Assembly: GCA_964016885.1 (NCBI GenBank)
Contig: OZ024754.1
Span: forward strand, 15,128,001-15,192,000
Direction of reading: 5' to 3'
Origin: Eledone cirrhosa
Taxonomy: Eukaryota
DNA: 64,000 nt
Under the pieces are notes generated by a model. That model saw only the letters and a list, made by a program, of their open reading frames with translations. It was not told the origin of the DNA and ran no database searches. The translations under genes were made by a program, and so were the position numbers. Below are positions 60,139 to 64,000 of the stretch, one piece after another; position 1 is the first letter of the stretch; each line of letters begins with the position of its first letter.

Positions 60139-60819
60139 TGAACGAAAAAACGAAGATAATACGTCATATGTGGATCGTGGAGAACAATAGCACGCCAAGA
60201 CAAAACCACGTAAATGGTATAGCAGAAGTCGTAGACTAAAATTCTAACTAGGAGACCAAATGAATCTCCGCTACAGAGTTAAGAACAAAGTAAATAAATA
60301 CAATACAGAAGTAATAAAAATAAATAAATACATACACGCAAACAAATACGTACATACACAAGAATACGCAAAACCTTACCATAGGTATACAAAATCACGC
60401 ACATATAAATATGTGTGTGTGTGTATGCGTGTATACAAATAAATAAATAATTATATAAACGTATAAGAATAAATAAATACGTATATAACAAGCGCGCACA
60501 CATACCTACATATAGATACACGAATGTTCGGAGACGTAAGTCAACTAAAACAAGAAGTACACATATACACACACCCACCATATGTACGAACCTGCATACT
60601 CACACAGACGCAAAACTCCCGTATACACATAGCCAAACCCTATGTACCAGAAATATAAAATTATACGCCATAACAATCAAATATACGTACGAGAAGGTAT
60701 ACGTACCTTCACAAAACATACGGGTAATATATACTTACCTATGCAAATAAGTAAAGGAATAAACAAAACATATACTTAGCTCCCACATCAAGACGTAAAA
60801 TATCCACGTATAGATCGTA

Positions 60820-61140
60820 CTATCCGTTAGGGTATAACGTGGGGCTGTAATACAGGAAAGTTTTGTGCAATTTATGTTTACAAGCCGAAATTGCCTCAGA
60901 TTTTTTGTTTAAGATGTGGTCTGTGGCGTAGAGTATTTCCAGGGCCTCAGCGGCGCAGAGGTCACATGGTCTTTTATTTCCGTTATACGATCTAGCCCTA
61001 GCTAGGATCTCCCAGTGTAACTTATATTGGGTGTGGTTGTCTTTTAGACTCCAGATATAAGCTGGAAGTGACGTCATATTCCTTCTTAGAGGGTAACGAA
61101 AAGAATGGGTATGCATGTAAAGACGCTGCTTGAAACTAAG
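60820..61140 (-). pseudogene. PLE GIY-YIG endonuclease C-terminal fragment
   Basis: HTHSFR...TSLPAYIWSLK...WEIL...CDLCAAE...LNKKSE...CKH. Confidence 0.7.
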
Positions 61141-61389
61141 TTTCCACGAACCAAAGTATCGTCTTCCTGTCTTCCTCCGGTTGCAACGTTTTTTGAAATA
61201 TCCAGTTCTGCGTTTACAGATTGACTTTGTTAGTTTCAGAAGATCTCGTTAAGGGTGAAAGCAGCGATTCTTTGCTTAAACTTTAATCTGTTATTTTAAT
61301 AAACATTTGCTCTACGGTTCTTATATATTTGATATATATTTATCCTTATCGAGCCCTCTTTGGATTTTAGTCTTCAAATTTATTATTAT

Positions 61390-61441
<52 letters not shown>

Positions 61442-61644
61442 ATGGAGTGTAACACGAAGTTACTGTAAGTTCACCCGGGTCGGCACTCGATGTTTAGGTT
61501 CACGCCAGTAGCCAGGTGTAGAGCTAGACAGAGTGTAATATACAACAGAGGTCCGATCGATACAGATCGAACCTCGCGCTGATCAATAGCGAAACGCGCG
61601 TCGCAAATCAATAAACGGGATGAAGGCTGAACCAATCATCCTTG

Positions 61645-61746
<102 letters not shown>

Positions 61747-62396
61747 TTAATACACTAACAGAGAAAGCTTTTAACAATAACCCGACCGACTTCCGTCTCA
61801 CTCAACAAACATTAGGATATACCTTAGTATAATCCCAATTATACGTTTGGAGTGCTAACTATACGTATTTTGTGGATAGCCAGTTGTATTATTTTATATG
61901 AGACATAATTAAATACATCCCTCTTTCCAAACGATCGTTTCATTATAAGATTTCTACAAGTTGGGAAAATAATGTCCAGGTTATGTAGAAGCCTACACAT
62001 AGTCTATCGGAATATATGCAGGTGGGCACTTATAAATCATCATTGGATGCCCGACAATATCGATATAAAAGAACCCCTACCGATATTAACATTCAGCGAT
62101 GGTACCCGTCAGTGTTAGAGTGATATATATAAATGGAAAAAATGAAACGAAATTTCATTTCTCACTCTTACTATGGATGTTACTTAAATATAAGTATGTA
62201 TACGTACATATATATATGTATACAGACGTACAGTAGTATATATATATATATACATACATGCATATATATATGTACGTAAGGATTTACCGAACATTTATTA
62301 TAATGCTCGGTTTGTTTGTAAACAAACAAACAGCCCGAATTAAGCGTATAGTGTTTAGCAACCATCGTTGCCCTTTTGTTCAACACTGACAAAGGA

Positions 62397-62439
62397 ACGA
62401 TGTACTACTTTCAAGCTTATTAGCTATCGTCAGCACCGT
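62397..62439 (-). ncRNA. Type I hammerhead ribozyme
   Basis: Reverse complement ACGGTG-CTGACGA-tAGCT aata AGCTt-GAAA-GTAG-TA-CATCGT. Confidence 0.7.
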
Positions 62440-63048
62440 ATACCTTCCAGGCCAGATGATTAAACGTCTGAAAGTATATACTTTCCTTATGCATATTAAC
62501 GGCTGAGCAGCCTAATTTGCATATCGAGTGAGTTAATCGGCCGGGCGCACCGAAAACGATAAATGGAAAAAATGAAACGAAATTTCATTTCTGACTCTTA
62601 GTACGGCTGTTACTTAAATATAAGTATGTATACGTACATACATATATGCTTTTCTTACTGCTTCCCCTCTCTCTGTATCTCTCACCTTCTTTTTACCCCA
62701 TCTGCCAGTCACACACTCTCTCGGCTGGCCTCTTCCTCACACTTCCACTCACTCAGTCTCTGCTTCTCCCCCTCTCTCACTTCCTCCCGTTTGACCTATG
62801 TGAAATCCTTTTCTCGCTCACATCTCACCCATGTCGGATGGTCTGTATCTCTCGTCCATGAATTTACCAAGCTTAAGCTTATAGATATCATGTACTTGTC
62901 TCTTCCCATCTTTCCGTTGCAATACCATTAAGGTTGAAAGCAGCGATTCTTTGCTTAAACTTTAATCTATTATTTTAATAAATATATATATATAAATATA
63001 TATATATACATATATATATACATATATATATATAAATATATATATAAG

Positions 63049-63131
<83 letters not shown>

Positions 63132-63136
63132 TATTT

Positions 63137-63500
63137 CTAAGGCGGGTAAAATTCCCGAGATCCATGGACGAGTTCTCTCCAGCGGTCTCTGTCCCTCATT
63201 ATCGCTGCCATGTCCTGCGTCTCAAACAGACCAGTGTCTGTCCTTAGGGCATCAACATACGTTAACCTTGGTCTTCCTCTTCTAGTGTGTCCATGTAGGG
63301 GCTCCCAAAGGAGCACTGAGTGCAATGTCAACTCTGGATGTCGGTGAGCATGTCCAGCTAACCTCAGTCTCCTCTGTGTCACTTTTGAGCTGACTTTTGG
63401 GATGCTCCGATACAGCTCTGAGTTTTTCATCCTCAGTGTATACTGATTAATGTTCAGAGCCATCCTCAACATTCTCGTGTAGCACCCATCCACCATTGTA
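63137..63500 (-). mobile_element. RTE-clade LINE 3' fragment
   Basis: DGCYTRMLRMALNI...RRLRLAGH...LLWEP.HG..RRGRP..TYVD. Confidence 0.8.
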
Positions 63501-63965
63501 GCACCCATCGTGTAGCACCCATCACCCATCCACCATTGAGATAGAGCGCCCGTGATGTTTGCTCTAGAGCAAACATCATGGGCGCTCTATCTCAAAATTA
63601 TTTTTGAAAAGCATTAGAAATGCGCAACCGGTAAAAAATAAAACCAAAACTGAATACTAACCAATACTATTACTAATTTTCACTTATTCCTAATTAAACT
63701 ATTTTTCACTGTGAACAATTTGTCAGCATTTTCTTTTCCGTTTACCAATATATATATATATATATTGTTATACTTGGGGAGGGTCATATTTGTGTAATAT
63801 TGCCAGAATTAATAACAGTACACACTCACTGTTTGGTTGGTTTTCGCTTTTCGCTTCTGTGTCTTTTATATCGGTAATTTAATTTATTCGGTCCTCAATG
63901 TTGCCATTGACTGACCAACGGTCAAAAACACAGATACAATATAGACACAAACACATATATATAGT

Positions 63966-64000
63966 TTATCAAAGTTCTTTCGTTGCACATCTGCAACATC
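63966..64000 (-). ncRNA. Partial hammerhead (47727 family) cut by the window edge
   Basis: Reverse complement GA-tGTTGCA gatg TGCAAC-GAAA-GAAC-TT-TGAT. Confidence 0.45.

Larger units (their letters stand above)
58775..61393 (-). mobile_element. 5'-truncated Penelope-like element with inverted pseudo-LTR, interrupted by a Helitron
   Basis: The inverted repeat 58775-58940 / 61140-61300 flanks a GIY-YIG C-terminal ORF. Confidence 0.75.

Noticed and set aside
61995-62076. Candidate upstream GPCR exon (…YKCPPAYIP…)
   Set aside because: It lacks the conserved WDG/CW motif and has a poor acceptor context.
63537-63597. Hairpin as a possible hammerhead
   Set aside because: It is palindromic but has no CTGANGA/GAAA core, so it is treated as a fold-back junction.

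Overview
AT-rich, microsatellite-dense animal DNA. The SINE and repeat landscape suggests a cephalopod (octopus-like), which is an inference. Most long ORFs in the supplied track are repeat artefacts. Two short minus-strand exons of a class B1 (calcitonin/DH31-receptor-like) GPCR lie at 40203-40300 and 31157-31248, so much of the window is probably intronic. Repeats include a ~17 kb 24/36-bp minisatellite, a decayed full-length Tx1/L1-type LINE and a truncated copy, both sitting in (TATC)n, a CR1-like LINE with an intact 795-aa ORF, RTE fragments, two Penelope-like element (PLE) remnants, a non-autonomous Helitron and tRNA-derived SINEs. The most striking signal is a dense set of type I hammerhead ribozyme (HHR) motifs from about ten sequence families. 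They include a near-perfect 310-bp tandem array carrying nine HHRs (retrozyme-like, a possible circular-RNA template), HHRs with large stem II insertions, and fold-back inversions that break inside the ribozyme. All structures were read by eye; nothing was computed or searched.
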